Assembly (NCBI GenBank): GCA_964016885.1
Contig: OZ024754.1
Coordinates: forward strand, 30,442,001 to 30,506,000
From: Eledone cirrhosa
Taxonomy: Eukaryota
Length of the DNA stretch: 64,000 nt
Direction of reading: 5' to 3'
In this document: positions 1-14,152 of the stretch, piece after piece
Position numbering within the stretch: position 1 is the first letter of the stretch
Layout of the letters: each line of letters begins with the position of its first letter
Notes under the pieces: generated by a model
What the model was told of the DNA's origin: nothing
Databases searched by the model: none
Seen by the model: only the letters and a program-made list of their open reading frames with translations
Translations under genes and position numbers: made by a program

Positions 1-3000
1 TTGGACACGTCCTTCTCAGCACAGCATATCTGCACTTGCTTGCATGGGTTGGACAGGTCTTTCTCAGCACAGCATCTCTACACTTGCTTGCATGGGTTGG
101 ACACGTCCTTCACAGCACAGTATCTCTCCACTTGCTTGCATGGGTTGGACAGGTCCTTCTCAGCACAGCATCTCTACACTTGCTTGCATGGGTTGGACAC
201 GTCCTTCTCAGCACAGCATCTCTGCACTTGCTTGCATGGGTTGGACACGTCCTTCTCAGCACAGCATCTCTGCACTTGCTTGCATGGGTTGGACACGTCC
301 TTCACAGCACAGTATCTCTCCACTTGCTTGCATGGGTTGGACAGGTCCTTCTCAGCACAGCATCTCTGCACTTGCTTGCATGGGTTGGACACGTCCTTCT
401 CAGCACAGCATCTCTGCACTTGCTTGCATGGGTTGGACCGGTCCTTCTCAGCACAGTATCTCTCCACTTGCTTGCATGGGTTGGACCGGTCCTTCTCAGC
501 ACAGTATCTCTCCACTTGCTTGCATGGGTTGGACAGGTCCTTCTCAGCACAGCATCTCTGCACTTGCTTGCATGGGTTGGACACGTCCTTCACAGCACAG
601 TATCTCTGCACTTGCTTGCATGGGTTGGACAGGTCCTTCTCAGCACAGCATCTCTGCACTTGCTTGCATGGGTTGGACAGGTCCTTCTCAGCACAGTATC
701 TCTGCACTTGCTTGCATGGGTTGGACAGGTCCTTCTCAGCACAGCATCTCTGCACTTGCTTGCATGGGTTGGACACGTCCTTCTCAGCACAGCATCTCTG
801 CACTTGCTTGCATGGGTTGGACACGTCCTTCTCAGCACAGTATCTCTCCACTTGCTTGCATGGGTTGGACAGGTCCTTCTCAGCACAGCATCTCTGCACT
901 TGCTTGCATGGGTTGGACACGTCCTTCTCAGCACAGCATCTCTGCACTTGCTTGCATGGGTTGGACCGGTCCTTCTCAGCACAGTATCTCTCCACTTGCT
1001 TGCATGGGTTGGACCGGTCCTTCTCAGCACAGTATCTCTCCACTTGCTTGCATGGGTTGGACAGGTCCTTCTCAGCACAGCATCTCTGCACTTGCTTGCA
1101 TGGGTTGGACAGGTCCTTCTCAGCACAGCATCTCTACACTTGCTTGCATGGGTTGGACACGTCCTTCACAGCACAGTATCTCTCCACTTGCTTGCATGGG
1201 TTGGACAGGTCCTTCTCAGCACAGCATATCTACACTTGCTTGCATGGGTTGGACACGTCCTTCTCAGCACAGTATCTCTACACTTGCTTGCATGGGTTGG
1301 ACACGTCCTTCTCAGCACAGTATCTCTACACTTGCTTGCATGGGTTGGACACGTCCTTCTCAGCACAGCATCTCTCCACTTGCTTGCATGGGTTGGACAC
1401 GTCCTTCTCAGCACAGCATCTCTCCACTTGCTTGCATGGGTTGGACACGTCCTTCTCAGCACAGCATCTCTACACTTGCTTGCATGGGTTGGACACGTCC
1501 TTCTCAGCACAGCATCTCTGCACTTGCTTGCATGGGTTGGACACGTCCTTCACAGCACAGTATCTCTCCACTTGCTTGCATGGGTTGGACAGGTCCTTCT
1601 CAGCACAGTATCTCTACACTTGCTTGCATGGGTTGGACACGTCCTTCTCAGCACAGCATCTCTGCACTTGCTTGCATGGGTTGGACACGTCCTTCTCAGC
1701 ACAGCATCTCTGCACTTGCTTGCATGGGTTGGACACGTCCTTCTCAGCACAGCATCTCTGCACTTGCTTGCATGGGTTGGACACGTCCTTCTCAGCACAG
1801 CATCTCTGCACTTGCTTGCATGGGTTGGACAGGTCCTTCTCAGCACAGCATCTCTGCACTTGCTTGCATGGGTTGGACACGTCCTTCTCAGCACAGCATC
1901 TCTGCACTTGCTTGCATGGGTTGGACACGTCCTTCTCAGCACAGCATCTCTGCACTTGCTTGCATGGGTTGGACACATCCTTCTCAGCACAGCATCTCTG
2001 CACTTGCTTGCATGGGTTGGACACGTCCTTCTCAGCACAGCATCTCTGCACTTGCTTGCATGGGTTGGACACGTCCTTCTCAGCACAGCATCTCTGCACT
2101 TGCTTGCATGGGTTGGACACGTCCTTCTCAGCACAGCATCTCTGCACTTGCTTGCATGGGTTGGACAGGTCCTTCTCAGCACAGTATCTCTGCACTTGCT
2201 TGCATGGGTTGGACAGGTCCTTCTCAGCACAGCATCTCTACACTTGCTTGCATGGGTTGGACACGTCCTTCTCAGCACAGTATCTCTACACTTGCTTGCA
2301 TGGGTTGGACACGTCCTTCTCAGCACAGCATCTCTGCACTTGCTTGCATGGGTTGGACACGTCCTTCTCAGCACAGTATCTCTACACTTGCTTGCATGGG
2401 TTGGACAGGTCCTTCTCAGCACAGTATCTCTCCACTTGCTTGCATGGGTTGGACAGGTCCTTCTCAGCACAGCATCTCTGCACTTGCTTGCATGGGTTGG
2501 ACAGGTCCTTCTCAGCACAGTATCTCTCCACTTGCTTGCATGGGTTGGACACGTCCTTCTCAGCACAGTATCTCTACACTTGCTTGCATGGGTTGGACAG
2601 GTCCTTCTCAGCACAGCATCTCTACACTTGCTTGCATGGGTTGGACAGGTCCTTCTCAGCACAGCATCTCTGCACTTGCTTGCATGGGTTGGACAGGTCC
2701 TTCTCAGCACAGCATCTCTGCACTTGCTTGCATGGGTTGGACAGGTCCTTCTCAGCACAGTATCTCTCCACTTGCTTGCATGGGTTGGACACGTCCTTCT
2801 CAGCACAGCATCTCTGCACTTGCTTGCATGGGTTGGACACGTCCTTCTCAGCACAGCATATCTGCACTTGCTTGCATGGGTTGGACACGTCCTTCTCAGC
2901 ACAGCATATCTGCACTTGCTTGCATGGGTTGGACACGTCCTTCTCAGCACAGCATATCTGCACTTGCTTGCATGGGTTGGACACGTCCTTCTCAGCACAG

Positions 3001-6000
3001 CATCTCTCCACATGCTTCCATGGATTGGACCGGTCCTTCTCAGCACAGTATCTCTACACTTGCTTGCATGGGTTGGACACGTCCTTCTCAGCACAGCATA
3101 TCTGCACTTGCTTGCATGGGTTGGACACGTCCTTCTCAGTACAGCATATCTGCACTTGCTTGCATGGGTTTTTACACGTCCTTCTCAGCACAGCATATCT
3201 GCACTTGCTTGCATGGGTTGGACACGTCCTTCTCAGCACAGCATATCTGCACTTGCTTGCATGGGTTGGACACGTCCTTCTCAGCACAGCATCTCTGCAC
3301 TTGCTTGCATGGGTTGGACACGTCCTTCTCAGCACAGCATCTCTGCACTTGCTTGCATGGGTTGGACACGTCCTTCTCAGCACAGCATCTCTGCACTTGC
3401 TTGCATGGGTTGGACAGGTCCTTCTCAGCACAGCATCTCTGCACTTGCTTGCATGGGTTGGACACGTCCTTCTCAGCACAGCATCTCTGCACTTGCTTGC
3501 ATGGGTTGGACACGTCCTTCTCAGCACAGCATATCTGCACTTGCTTGCATGGGTTGGACACGTCCTTCTCAGCACAGCATCTCTGCACTTGCTTGCATGG
3601 GTTGGACACGTCCTTCTCAGCACAGCATATCTGCACTTGCTTGCATGGGTTGGACACGTCCTTCTCAGCACAGCATCTCTGCACTTGCTTGCATGGGTTG
3701 GACACGTCCTTCTCAGCACAGCATCTCTGCACTTGCTTGCATGGGTTGGACACGTCCTTCTCAGCACAGCATCTCTGCACTTGCTTGCATGGGTTGGACA
3801 CGTCCTTCTCAGCACAGCATCTCTGCACTTGCTTGCATGGGTTGGACACGTCCTTCTCAGCACAGCATATCTGCACTTGCTTGCATGGGTTGGACACGTC
3901 CTTCACAGCACAGTATCTCTACACTTGCTTGCATGGGTTGGACACGTCCTTCTCAGCACAGCATCTCTGCACTTGCTTGCATGGGTTGGACAGGTCCTTC
4001 TCAGCACAGCATATCTGCACTTGCTTGCATGGGTTGGACACGTCCTTCTCAGCACAGCATCTCTGCAATTGCTTGCATGGGTTGGACACGTCCTTCTCAG
4101 CACAGCATATCTGCACTTGCTTGCATGGGTTGGACACGTCCTTCTCAGCACAGCATATCTGCACTTGCTTGCATGGGTTGGACACGTCCTTCTCAGCACA
4201 GCATATCTGCACTTGCTTGCATGGGTTGGACACGTCCTTCTCAGCACAGCATCTCTGCACTTGCTTGCATGGGTTGGACACGTCCTTCTCAGCACAGCAT
4301 CTCTGCACTTGCTTGCATGGGTTGGACACGTCCTTCTCAGCACAGCATCTCTGCACTTGCTTGCATGGGTTGGACACGTCCTTCTCAGCACAGCATCTCT
4401 GCACTTGCTTGCATGGGTTGGACACGTCCTTCTCAGCACAGCATATCTGCACTTGCTTGCATGGGTTGGACACGTCCTTCACAGCACAGTATCTCTACAC
4501 TTGCTTGCATGGGTTGGACACGTCCTTCTCAGCACAGCATATCTGCACTTGCTTGCATGGGTTGGACACGTCCTTCTCAGCACAGCATATCTGCACTTGC
4601 TTGCATGGGTTGGACACGTCCTTCTCAGCACAGCATATCTGCACTTGCTTGCATGGGTTGGACACGTCCTTCTCAGCACAGCATATCTGCACTTGCTTGC
4701 ATGGGTTGGACACGTCCTTCTCAGCACAGCATCTCTGCACTTGCTTGCATGGGTTGGACACGTCCTTCTCAGCACAGCATCTCTGCACTTGCTTGCATGG
4801 GTTGGACACGTCCTTCTCAGCACAGCATCTCTGCACTTGCTTGCATGGGTTGGACAGGTCCTTCTCAGCACAGCATCTCTGCACTTGCTTGCATGGGTTG
4901 GACACGTCCTTCTCAGCACAGTATCTCTCCACTTGCTTGCATGGGTTGGACACGTCCTTCTCAGCACAGCATATCTGCACTTGCTTGCATGGGTTGGACA
5001 CGTCCTTCACAGCACAGTATCTTTCCACTTGCTTGCATGGGTTGGACACGTCCTTCTCAGCACAGCATCTCTGCACTTGCTTGCATGGGTTGGACAGGTC
5101 CTTCTCAGCACAGTATCTCTCCACTTGCTTGCATGGGTTGGACAGGTCCTTCTCAGCACAGTATCTCTACACTTGCTTGCATGGGTTGGACAGGTCCTTC
5201 ACAGCACAGCATCTCTGCACTTGCTTGCATGGGTTGGACACGTCCTTCTCAGCACAGCATCTCTGCACTTGCTTGCATGGGTTGGACACGTCCTTCTCAG
5301 CACAGCATCTCTACACTTGCTTGCATGGGTTGGACACGTCCTTCTCAGCACAGTATCTCTCCACTTGCTTGCATGGGTTGGACACGTCCTTCTCAGCACA
5401 GTATCTCTCCACTTGCTTGCATGGGTTGGACACGTCCTTCTCAGCACAGCATCTCTCCACTTGCTTGCATGGGTTGGACACGTCCTTCTCAGCACAGTAT
5501 CTCTACACTTGCTTGCATGGGTTGGACACGTCCTTCTCAGCACAGCATCTCTACACTTGCTTGCATGGGTTGGACACGTCCTTCTCAGCACAGCATCTCT
5601 CCACTTGCTTGCATGGGTTGGACACGTCCTTCACAGCACAGTATCTCTACACTTGCTTGCATGGGTTGGACACGTCCTTCTCAGCACAGCATCTCTACAC
5701 TTGCTTGCATGGGTTGGACACGTCCTTCTCAGCACAGCATCTCTCCACTTGCTTGCATGGGTTGGACACGTCCTTCTCAGCACAGCATCTCTACACTTGC
5801 TTGCATGGGTTGGACACGTCCTTCTCAGCACAGCATCTCTCCACTTGCTTGCATGGGTTGGACACGTCCTTCACAGCACAGTATCTCTACACTTGCTTGC
5901 ATGGGTTGGACACGTCCTTCTCAGCACAGCATCTCTACACTTGCTTGCATGGGTTGGACACGTCCTTCTCAGCACAGCATCTCTGCACTTGCTTGCATGG

Positions 6001-9000
6001 GTTGGACACGTCCTTCTCAGCACAGCATCTCTACACTTGCTTGCATGGGTTGGACAGGTCCTTCTCAGCACAGCATCTCTGCACTTGCTTGCATGGGTTG
6101 GACACGTCCTTCTCAGCACAGCATCTCTCCACTTGCTTGCATGGGTTGGACACGTCCTTCTCAGCACAGCATCTCTACACTTGCTTGCATGGGTTGGACA
6201 CGTCCTTCTCAGCACAGCATCTCTACACTTGCTTGCATGGGTTGGACACGTCCTTCTCAGCACAGCATCTCTCCACTTGCTTGCATGGGTTGGACACGTC
6301 CTTCACAGCACAGTATCTCTACACTTGCTTGCATGGGTTGGACACGTCCTTCTCAGCACAGCATCTCTACACTTGCTTGCATGGGTTGGACACGTCCTTC
6401 TCAGCACAGCATCTCTCCACTTGCTTGCATGGGTTGGACACGTCCTTCTCAGCACAGCATCTCTACACTTGCTTGCATGGGTTGGACACGTCCTTCTCAG
6501 CACAGCATCTCTCCACTTGCTTGCATGGGTTGGACACGTCCTTCACAGCACAGTATCTCTACACTTGCTTGCATGGGTTGGACACGTCCTTCTCAGCACA
6601 GCATCTCTACACTTGCTTGCATGGGTTGGACACGTCCTTCTCAGCACAGCATCTCTGCACTTGCTTGCATGGGTTGGACACGTCCTTCTCAGCACAGCAT
6701 CTCTACACTTGCTTGCATGGGTTGGACAGGTCCTTCTCAGCACAGCATCTCTCCACTTGCTTGCATGGGTTGGACACGTCCTTCTCAGCACAGCATCTCT
6801 ACACTTGCTTGCATGGGTTGGACACGTCCTTCTCAGCACAGTATCTCTCCACTTGCTTGCATGGGTTGGACACGTCCTTCTCAGCACAGTATCTCTCCAC
6901 TTGCTTGCATGGGTTGGACACGTCCTTCTCAGCACAGCATCTCTCCACTTGCTTGCATGGGTTGGACACGTCCTTCTCAGCACAGCATCTCTACACTTGC
7001 TTGCATGGGTTGGACACGTCCTTCTCAGCACAGCATCTCTACACTTGCTTGCATGGGTTGGACACGTCCTTCTCAGCACAGCATCTCTCCACTTGCTTGC
7101 ATGGGTTGGACACGTCCTTCTCAGCACAGCATCTCTACACTTGCTTGCATGGGTTGGACACGTCCTTCTCAGCACAGCATCTCTACACTTGCTTGCATGG
7201 GTTGGACACGTCCTTCTCAGCACAGCATCTCTACACTTGCTTGCATGGGTTGGACACGTCCTTCTCAGCACAGCATCTCTACACTTGCTTGCATGGGTTG
7301 GACAGGTCCTTCTCAGCACAGCATCTCTGCACTTGCTTGCATGGGTTGGACACGTCCTTCTCAGCACAGCATCTCTACACTTGCTTGCATGGGTTGGACA
7401 CGTCCTTCTCAGCACAGCATCTCTGCACTTGCTTGCATGGGTTGGACACGTCCTTCTCAGCACAGCATCTCTCCACTTGCTTGCATGGGTTGGACACGTC
7501 CTTCTCAGCACAGTATCTCTCCACTTGCTTGCATGGGTTGGACACGTCCTTCTCAGCACAGTATCTCTCCACTTGCTTGCATGGGTTGGACACGTCCTTC
7601 TCAGCACAGCATCTCTCCACTTGCTTGCATGGGTTGGACACGTCCTTCTCAGCACAGCATCTCTACACTTGCTTGCATGGGTTGGACACGTCCTTCTCAG
7701 CACAGCATCTCTACACTTGCTTGCATGGGTTGGACACGTCCTTCTCAGCACAGCATCTCTCCACTTGCTTGCATGGGTTGGACACGTCCTTCACAGCACA
7801 GTATCTCTACACTTGCTTGCATGGGTAGGACACGTCCTTCTCAGCACAGCATCTCTACACTTGCTTGCATGGGTTGGACACGTCCTTCTCAGCACAGCAT
7901 CTCTCCACTTGCTTGCATGGGTTGGACACGTCCTTCTCAGCACAGCATCTCTACACTTGCTTGCATGGGTTGGACACGTCCTTCTCAGCACAGCATCTCT
8001 CCACTTGCTTGCATGGGTTGGACACGTCCTTCACAGCACAGTATCTCTACACTTGCTTGCATGGGTTGGACACGTCCTTCTCAGCACAGCATCTCTACAC
8101 TTGCTTGCATGGGTTGGACACGTCCTTCTCAGCACAGCATCTCTGCACTTGCTTGCATGGGTTGGACACGTCCTTCTCAGCACAGCATCTCTACACTTGC
8201 TTGCATGGGTTGGACAGGTCCTTCTCAGCACAGCATCTCTCCACTTGCTTGCATGGGTTGGACACGTCCTTCTCAGCACAGCATCTCTACACTTGCTTGC
8301 ATGGGTTGGACACGTCCTTCTCAGCACAGTATCTCTCCACTTGCTTGCATGGGTTGGACACGTCCTTCTCAGCACAGTATCTCTCCACTTGCTTGCATGG
8401 GTTGGACACGTCCTTCTCAGCACAGCATCTCTCCACTTGCTTGCATGGGTTGGACACGTCCTTCTCAGCACAGCATCTCTACACTTGCTTGCATGGGTTG
8501 GACACGTCCTTCTCAGCACAGCATCTCTACACTTGCTTGCATGGGTTGGACACGTCCTTCTCAGCACAGCATCTCTCCACTTGCTTGCATGGGTTGGACA
8601 CGTCCTTCTCAGCACAGCATCTCTACACTTGCTTGCATGGGTTGGACACGTCCTTCTCAGCACAGCATCTCTACACTTGCTTGCATGGGTTGGACACGTC
8701 CTTCTCAGCACAGCATCTCTACACTTGCTTGCATGGGTTGGACACGTCCTTCTCAGCACAGCATCTCTACACTTGCTTGCATGGGTTGGACACGTCCTTC
8801 TCAGCACAGCATCTCTCCACTTGCTTGCATGGGTTGGACACGTCCTTCACAGCACAGTACCTCTACACTTGCTTGCATGGGTTGGACACGTCCTTCTCAG
8901 CACAGCATCTCTGCACTTGCTTGCATGGGTTGGACACGTCCTTCTCAGCACAGCATCTCTGCACTTGCTTGCATGGGTTGGACACGTCCTTCTCAGCACA

Positions 9001-11697
9001 GCATCTCTGCACTTGCTTGCATGGGTTGGACAGGTCCTTCTCAGCACAGCATCTCTGCACTTGCTTGCATGGGTTGGACACGTCCTTCTCAGCACAGCAT
9101 CTCTACACTTGCTTGCATGGGTTGGACACGTCCTTCTCAGCACAGCATCTCTACACTTGCTTGCATGGGTTGGACACGTCCTTCTCAGCACAGTATCTCT
9201 ACACTTGCTTGCATGGGTTGGACACGTCCTTCTCAGCACAGCATCTCTACACTTGCTTGCATGGGTTGGACACGTCCTTCTCAGCACAGCATCTCTACAC
9301 TTGCTTGCATAGGTTGGACACGTCCTTCTCAGCACAGCATCTCTCCACTTGCTTGCATGGGTTGGACCCGTCCTTCACAGCACAGTATCTCTACACTTGC
9401 TTGCATGGGTTGGACACGTCCTTCTCAGCACAGCATCTCTGCACTTGCTTGCATGGGTTGGACACGTCCTTCTCAGCACAGCATCTCTGCACTTGCTTGC
9501 ATGGGTTGGACACGTCCTTCTCAGCACAGCATCTCTGCACTTGCTTGCATGGGTTGGACAGGTCCTTCTCAGCACAGCATCTCTACACTTGCTTGCATGG
9601 GTTGGACACGTCCTTCTCAGCACAGCATCTCTGCACTTGCTTGCATGGGTTGGACACGTCCTTCTCAGCACAGCATCTCTGCACTTGCTTGCATGGGTTG
9701 GACACGTCCTTCTCAGCACAGCATCTCTGCACTTGCTTGCATGGGTTGGACACGTCCTTCTCAGCACAGCATCTCTGCACTTGCTTGCATGGGTTGGACA
9801 GGTCCTTCTCAGCACAGCATCTCTGCACTTGCTTGCATGGGTTGGACACGTCCTTCTCAGCACAGCATCTCTGCACTTGCTTGCATGGGTTGGACACGTC
9901 CTTCTCAGCACAGCATCTCTGCACTTGCTTGCATGGGTTGGACACGTCCTTCTCAGCACAGCATCTCTGCACTTGCTTGCATGGGTTGGACACGTCCTTC
10001 TCAGCACAGCATCTCTGCACTTGCTTGCATGGGTTGGACAGGTCCTTCTCAGCACAGCATCTCTGCACTTGCTTGCATGGGTTGGACACGTCCTTCTCAG
10101 CACAGCATCTCTGCACTTGCTTGCATGGGTTGGACACGTCCTTCTCAGCACAGCATCTCTGCACTTGCTTGCATGGGTTGGACACGTCCTTCTCAGCACA
10201 GCATCTCTGCACTTGCTTGCATGGGTTGGACACGTCCTTCTCAGCACAGTATCTCTACACTTGCTTGCATGGGTTGGACACGTCCTTCTCAGCACAGCAT
10301 CTCTGCACTTGCTTGCATGGGTTGGACACGTCCTTCTCAGCACAGCATCTCTGCACTTGCTTGCATGGGTTGGACACGTCCTTCTCAGCACAGTATCTCT
10401 CCACTTGCTTGCATGGGTTGGACAGGTCCTTCTCAGCACAGTATCTCTACACTTGCTTGCATGGGTTGGACAGGTCCTTCTCAGCACAGTATCTCTACAC
10501 TTGCTTGCATGGGTTGGACACGTCCTTCTCAGCACAGCATCTCTGCACTTGCTTGCATGGGTTGGACACGTCCTTCTCAGCACAGCATCTCTACACTTGC
10601 TTGCATGGGTTGGACACGTCCTTCTCAGCACAGCATCTCTACACTTGCTTCCATGGATTGGACTGGTCCTTCTCAGCACAGCATCTCTACACTTGCTTCC
10701 ATGGATTGGACTGGTCCTTCTCAGCACAGCATCTCTCCACATGCTTCCATGGATTGGACCGGTCCTTCTCAGCACAGTATCTCTACACTTGCTTGCATGG
10801 GTTGGACACGTCCTTCTCAGCACAGCATCTCTGCACTTGCTTGCATGGGTTGGACACGTCCTTCTCAGCACAGCATCTCTGCACTTGCTTGCATGGGTTG
10901 GACACGTCCTTCTCAGCACAGCATCTCTAGACTTGCTTGCATGGGTTGGACACGTCCTTCTCAGCACAGCATCTCTACACTTGCTTGCATGGGTTGGACA
11001 CGTCCTTCTCAGCACAGCATCTCTAGACTTGCTTTCATGGGTTGGACACGTCCTTCTCAGCACAGCATCTCTCCACATGCTTCCATGGATTGGACTGGTC
11101 CTTCTCAGCACAGCATCTCTACACTTGCTTGCATGGGTTGGACAGGTCCTTCTCAGCACAGTATCTCTCCACTTGCTTCCATGGATTGGACCGGTCCTTC
11201 TCAGCACAGTATCTCTCCACTTGCTTGCATGAGTTGGACACGTCCTTCTCAGCACAGCATCTCTGCACTTGCTTGCATGGGTTGGACCGGTCCTTCTCAG
11301 CACAGTATCTCTCCACTTGCTTGCATGGGTTGGACAGGTCCTTCTCAGCACAGCATCTCTACACTGGGTTGGACACGTCCTTCTCAGCACAGTATCTCTA
11401 CACTTGCTTGCATGGGTTGGACAGGTCCTTCTCAGCACAGCATCTCTACACTTGCTTGCATGGGTTGGACACGTCCTTCTCAGCACAGCATCTCTACACT
11501 TGCTTGCATGGGTTGGACAGGTCCTTCTCAGCACAGCATCTCTCCACATGCTTCCATGGATTAGACTGGTCCTTCTCAGCACAGCATCTCTCCACTTGCT
11601 TGCATGGGTTGGACCGGTCCTTCTCAGCACAGTATCTCTCCACTTGCTTGCATGGGTTGGACAGGTCCTTCTCAGCACAGCATTTCGGCACTTGCAA
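1..11697. repeat. 48-bp tandem satellite, about 243 units, truncated by the window start; derived from the 3' end of an RTE LINE ORF
   Basis: Unit TTGGACACGTCCTTCTCAGCACAGCATCTCTGCACTTGCTTGCATGGG. Its minus-strand translation (C/W)RDAVLRRTCPTHASK matches the RTE C-terminus [16 protein letters not shown] at about 52232-52280. Confidence 0.97.
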
Positions 11698-11785
11698 CGT
11701 ATCTTCGTCATCTCCTCCGAGTCTCACTGATTTGAGGTCAGCTCTAATCACCTCTACCAATGTCTTTCTTGGTCTACCTCTATCA
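11698..11785 (-). mobile_element. RTE LINE ORF C-terminal fragment, contiguous with the 48-bp satellite
   Basis: Minus strand reads RGRPRKTLVEVIRADLKSVRL, then MTKIRCKCRNAVLRRT after a frameshift. This matches [34 protein letters not shown] in ORF 51989..52294. Confidence 0.9.
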
Positions 11786-12277
11786 GGTATGGAGGAGAGA
11801 AGGGGTGAAATGTGTATGCTGGCTAGGGATGGGTGAATATTAAAGAGTATGGGTAGGGGAGGGGAATGATTGGTTTTCTCAAGATCTTTCCTTTATCTTA
11901 TATACATGGGAAAATGAGTCTTCTGCAGCACAGCATATCTTCAGAGGCCTTGATCCAGTGTCATTACCTTAGAAATTTTTATCATTTCATCCCAAGTTTT
12001 CCATGGTATTCCTCTTCCATAGTTTCTTTCAACTTCAAGTACCCTGCACCTTTTGATACAGCTGTCATTCTCCATACTCATTACATATATGTGTGTGTAT
12101 ATATATATATATATGTGTGTGTGTGTAAAATTCTGTTATAACGAATACCATTATAACAAAATCTTTTTCAATCCCCAGCCCCACCCTCAATGTGTTGGGT
12201 CGATCTCGTTATGAAGAATTTTTCGTTACAACAAATTTTTTTTTATACCTCGTGAATTTTATTATAACGGAATTTCA

Positions 12278-12280
<3 letters not shown>

Positions 12281-12348
<68 letters not shown>

Positions 12349-12353
12349 TATAC

Positions 12354-12412
<59 letters not shown>

Positions 12413-12471
12413 TATACATATATATACATATATATACATATATATATACATATATATACATATATATATAC

Positions 12472-12522
<51 letters not shown>

Positions 12523-12542
12523 CATACATATATATATATATA
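12281..12542. repeat. (TA)n/(TACA) microsatellite
   Basis: Directly visible. Confidence 0.95.
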
Positions 12543-12544
12543 CG

Positions 12545-12688
12545 CCCACGGAAACAAAGCACCCAGCACTCACTGTAAATGAGGTTGGTGTTAGGAAGGG
12601 CATCCAGCTGTAGAAATCAAGCCAGAATCAGTTCCCGTCCCACCCTTGCAAGCAGGGAAAAGCGGACGTAAAATGATGATGATGATGA
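12545..12688 (+). mobile_element. 3' part of a SINE-like element with an RTE-type tail
   Basis: GGTGTTAGGAAGGGCATCCAGCTGTAGAAA core, then CCGTCCCACCCTTGCAAGCAGGGAAAAGCGGACGTAAAA(TGA)n, almost identical to the RTE tail at 52258-52317. A near-identical inverted copy lies at 62572-62725. Confidence 0.8.
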
Positions 12689-12744
12689 TACATATATATA
12701 TATATATAGACACACACACACACTTAAATCTACTTAAGACAGCC

Positions 12745-13112
12745 CTGCTGATGTGTCTTAACATTCATGATTGATCCTCTATCAGTTTTGACAGTAACCA
12801 TTCAGTTTTTCAATCAACTGGACCCCCTACATGTCTTAATGTGCAAGTGGTTGAGTATTCCACATACATGTGTACTCTTTACACAAATTTCAGACAGAAA
12901 GAGTGTGACATACTTTGACAAGGCCAGACTTCTGAATTACAGGTACAGTCCACCCAGCGGGCTTCCACACATTTTTCATCTACCCTATTTCACTCACAAG
13001 GCTTGGCTTAACTTTAACTTATTGTAAAAGACACTTGTCATGTTACACAGTGGGATTGTATCTAGAATCTCATGGTTTGGAAGCAAACATCTTAACCACT
13101 CTGCTATGTCTG
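12745..13112 (-). mobile_element. Decayed tRNA-derived SINE
   Basis: Minus strand begins GACATAGCAGAGTGGTTAAG (A-box-like), followed by a degenerate B box and a CAAGTGTCTT core like that at 38385. Confidence 0.6.
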
Positions 13113-13839
13113 TGTATAACATAAATAGAAATATGTAGAAATAGAATTTTGTGTAAATCCCTCTAACCCATGATACTGCAGGGTTGAAAAAAATCATCTT
13201 CATTAAATATAATAATTATACTGAATAATGCCATTACTGGTAACTCGAAGGAGTTTAAATAATTTAGTTAAACTCATTTTAGGTGAAACATAAAAATAAC
13301 AAGCTGTAATGTATTCAGTTTAGAACACTAACACTATAAAAATGTCTGTAGTTCCTTTTTTCATTGATTGATTAATCAATGTTCATTCATCTATAAATCA
13401 TTAGTTGAAAACCTCTTACAAGCATTGTGTTGTTTCCCGAGGATACACACAGAACTCTAATCATTGGCTTGCATCTCATCAAAAATTTAAAGTTTCAGGG
13501 CTTTAAATTTTATGTTTCTAATTAGCCAAATGTCTCTCAATTAGTAAATAACGATTGCTTTATTTTTTAAACTGTTAAAGATGGCACAGGGGATAAATAT
13601 AATAGAAATATAATAGTCTATTTTAGGCTAATGCTGGAACACTCTTGTTTCTAAAAGGCTGCTTTGATTGAAAAGGTTTGGGTGGTAGACGTAATCTCTC
13701 ATCTGATTTAACATCATCTGCTGGTTATTCTTGAATGATTTTAACGAAGTTCACTCAGTTGCAAGCATTCAGATCAGCTTTTTGGTTTGTTGAAAATATT
13801 CCTCCTTTGCTCCCATCAATCTAGGAATGGAGGTCCTGA

Positions 13840-14152
13840 AAAAATATAGGGCCATAGGTGCTGCTTTTCTTTCACTAACAAAATATAGGGCCCTAGGTGC
13901 TGCTTTTCCTTCACTAACAAAATATAGGGCCATAGGTGCTGCTTTTCCTTCACTAACAAAATATAGGGCTATAGGAGCTACTTTTCTTTCACTAACAAAA
14001 TATAGGGCTATAGGAGCTACTTTTCCTTCACTAACAAAATATAGGGCTATAGGTGCTACTTTTCCTTCACTAACAAAATACAGGGCTATAGGTGCTACTT
14101 TTAACACAATATAGGGTCATAGGTGCTACTTTTCCTTCACTAACAAAATATA
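13840..14152. repeat. 39-bp minisatellite, about 8 units
   Basis: Unit AAAATATAGGGC(C/T)ATAGGTGCT(G/A)CTTTTCCTTCACTAAC; 13-aa periodicity in the ORF track. Confidence 0.93.

Noticed and set aside
1-11836. Giant ORFs of 2594-3842 aa
   Set aside because: The 48-bp unit is a multiple of 3 and lacks stops in all three plus frames. The ORFs change peptide at the 3171 indel, and variable sites show no preference for one frame.
13769-13837. Possible minus-strand terminal exon (TTTTTTCAG acceptor, TSIPRLMGAKEEYFQQTKKLI*)
   Set aside because: The peptide is not recognisable and no partner exon could be linked; it needs RNA-seq or a homology search.
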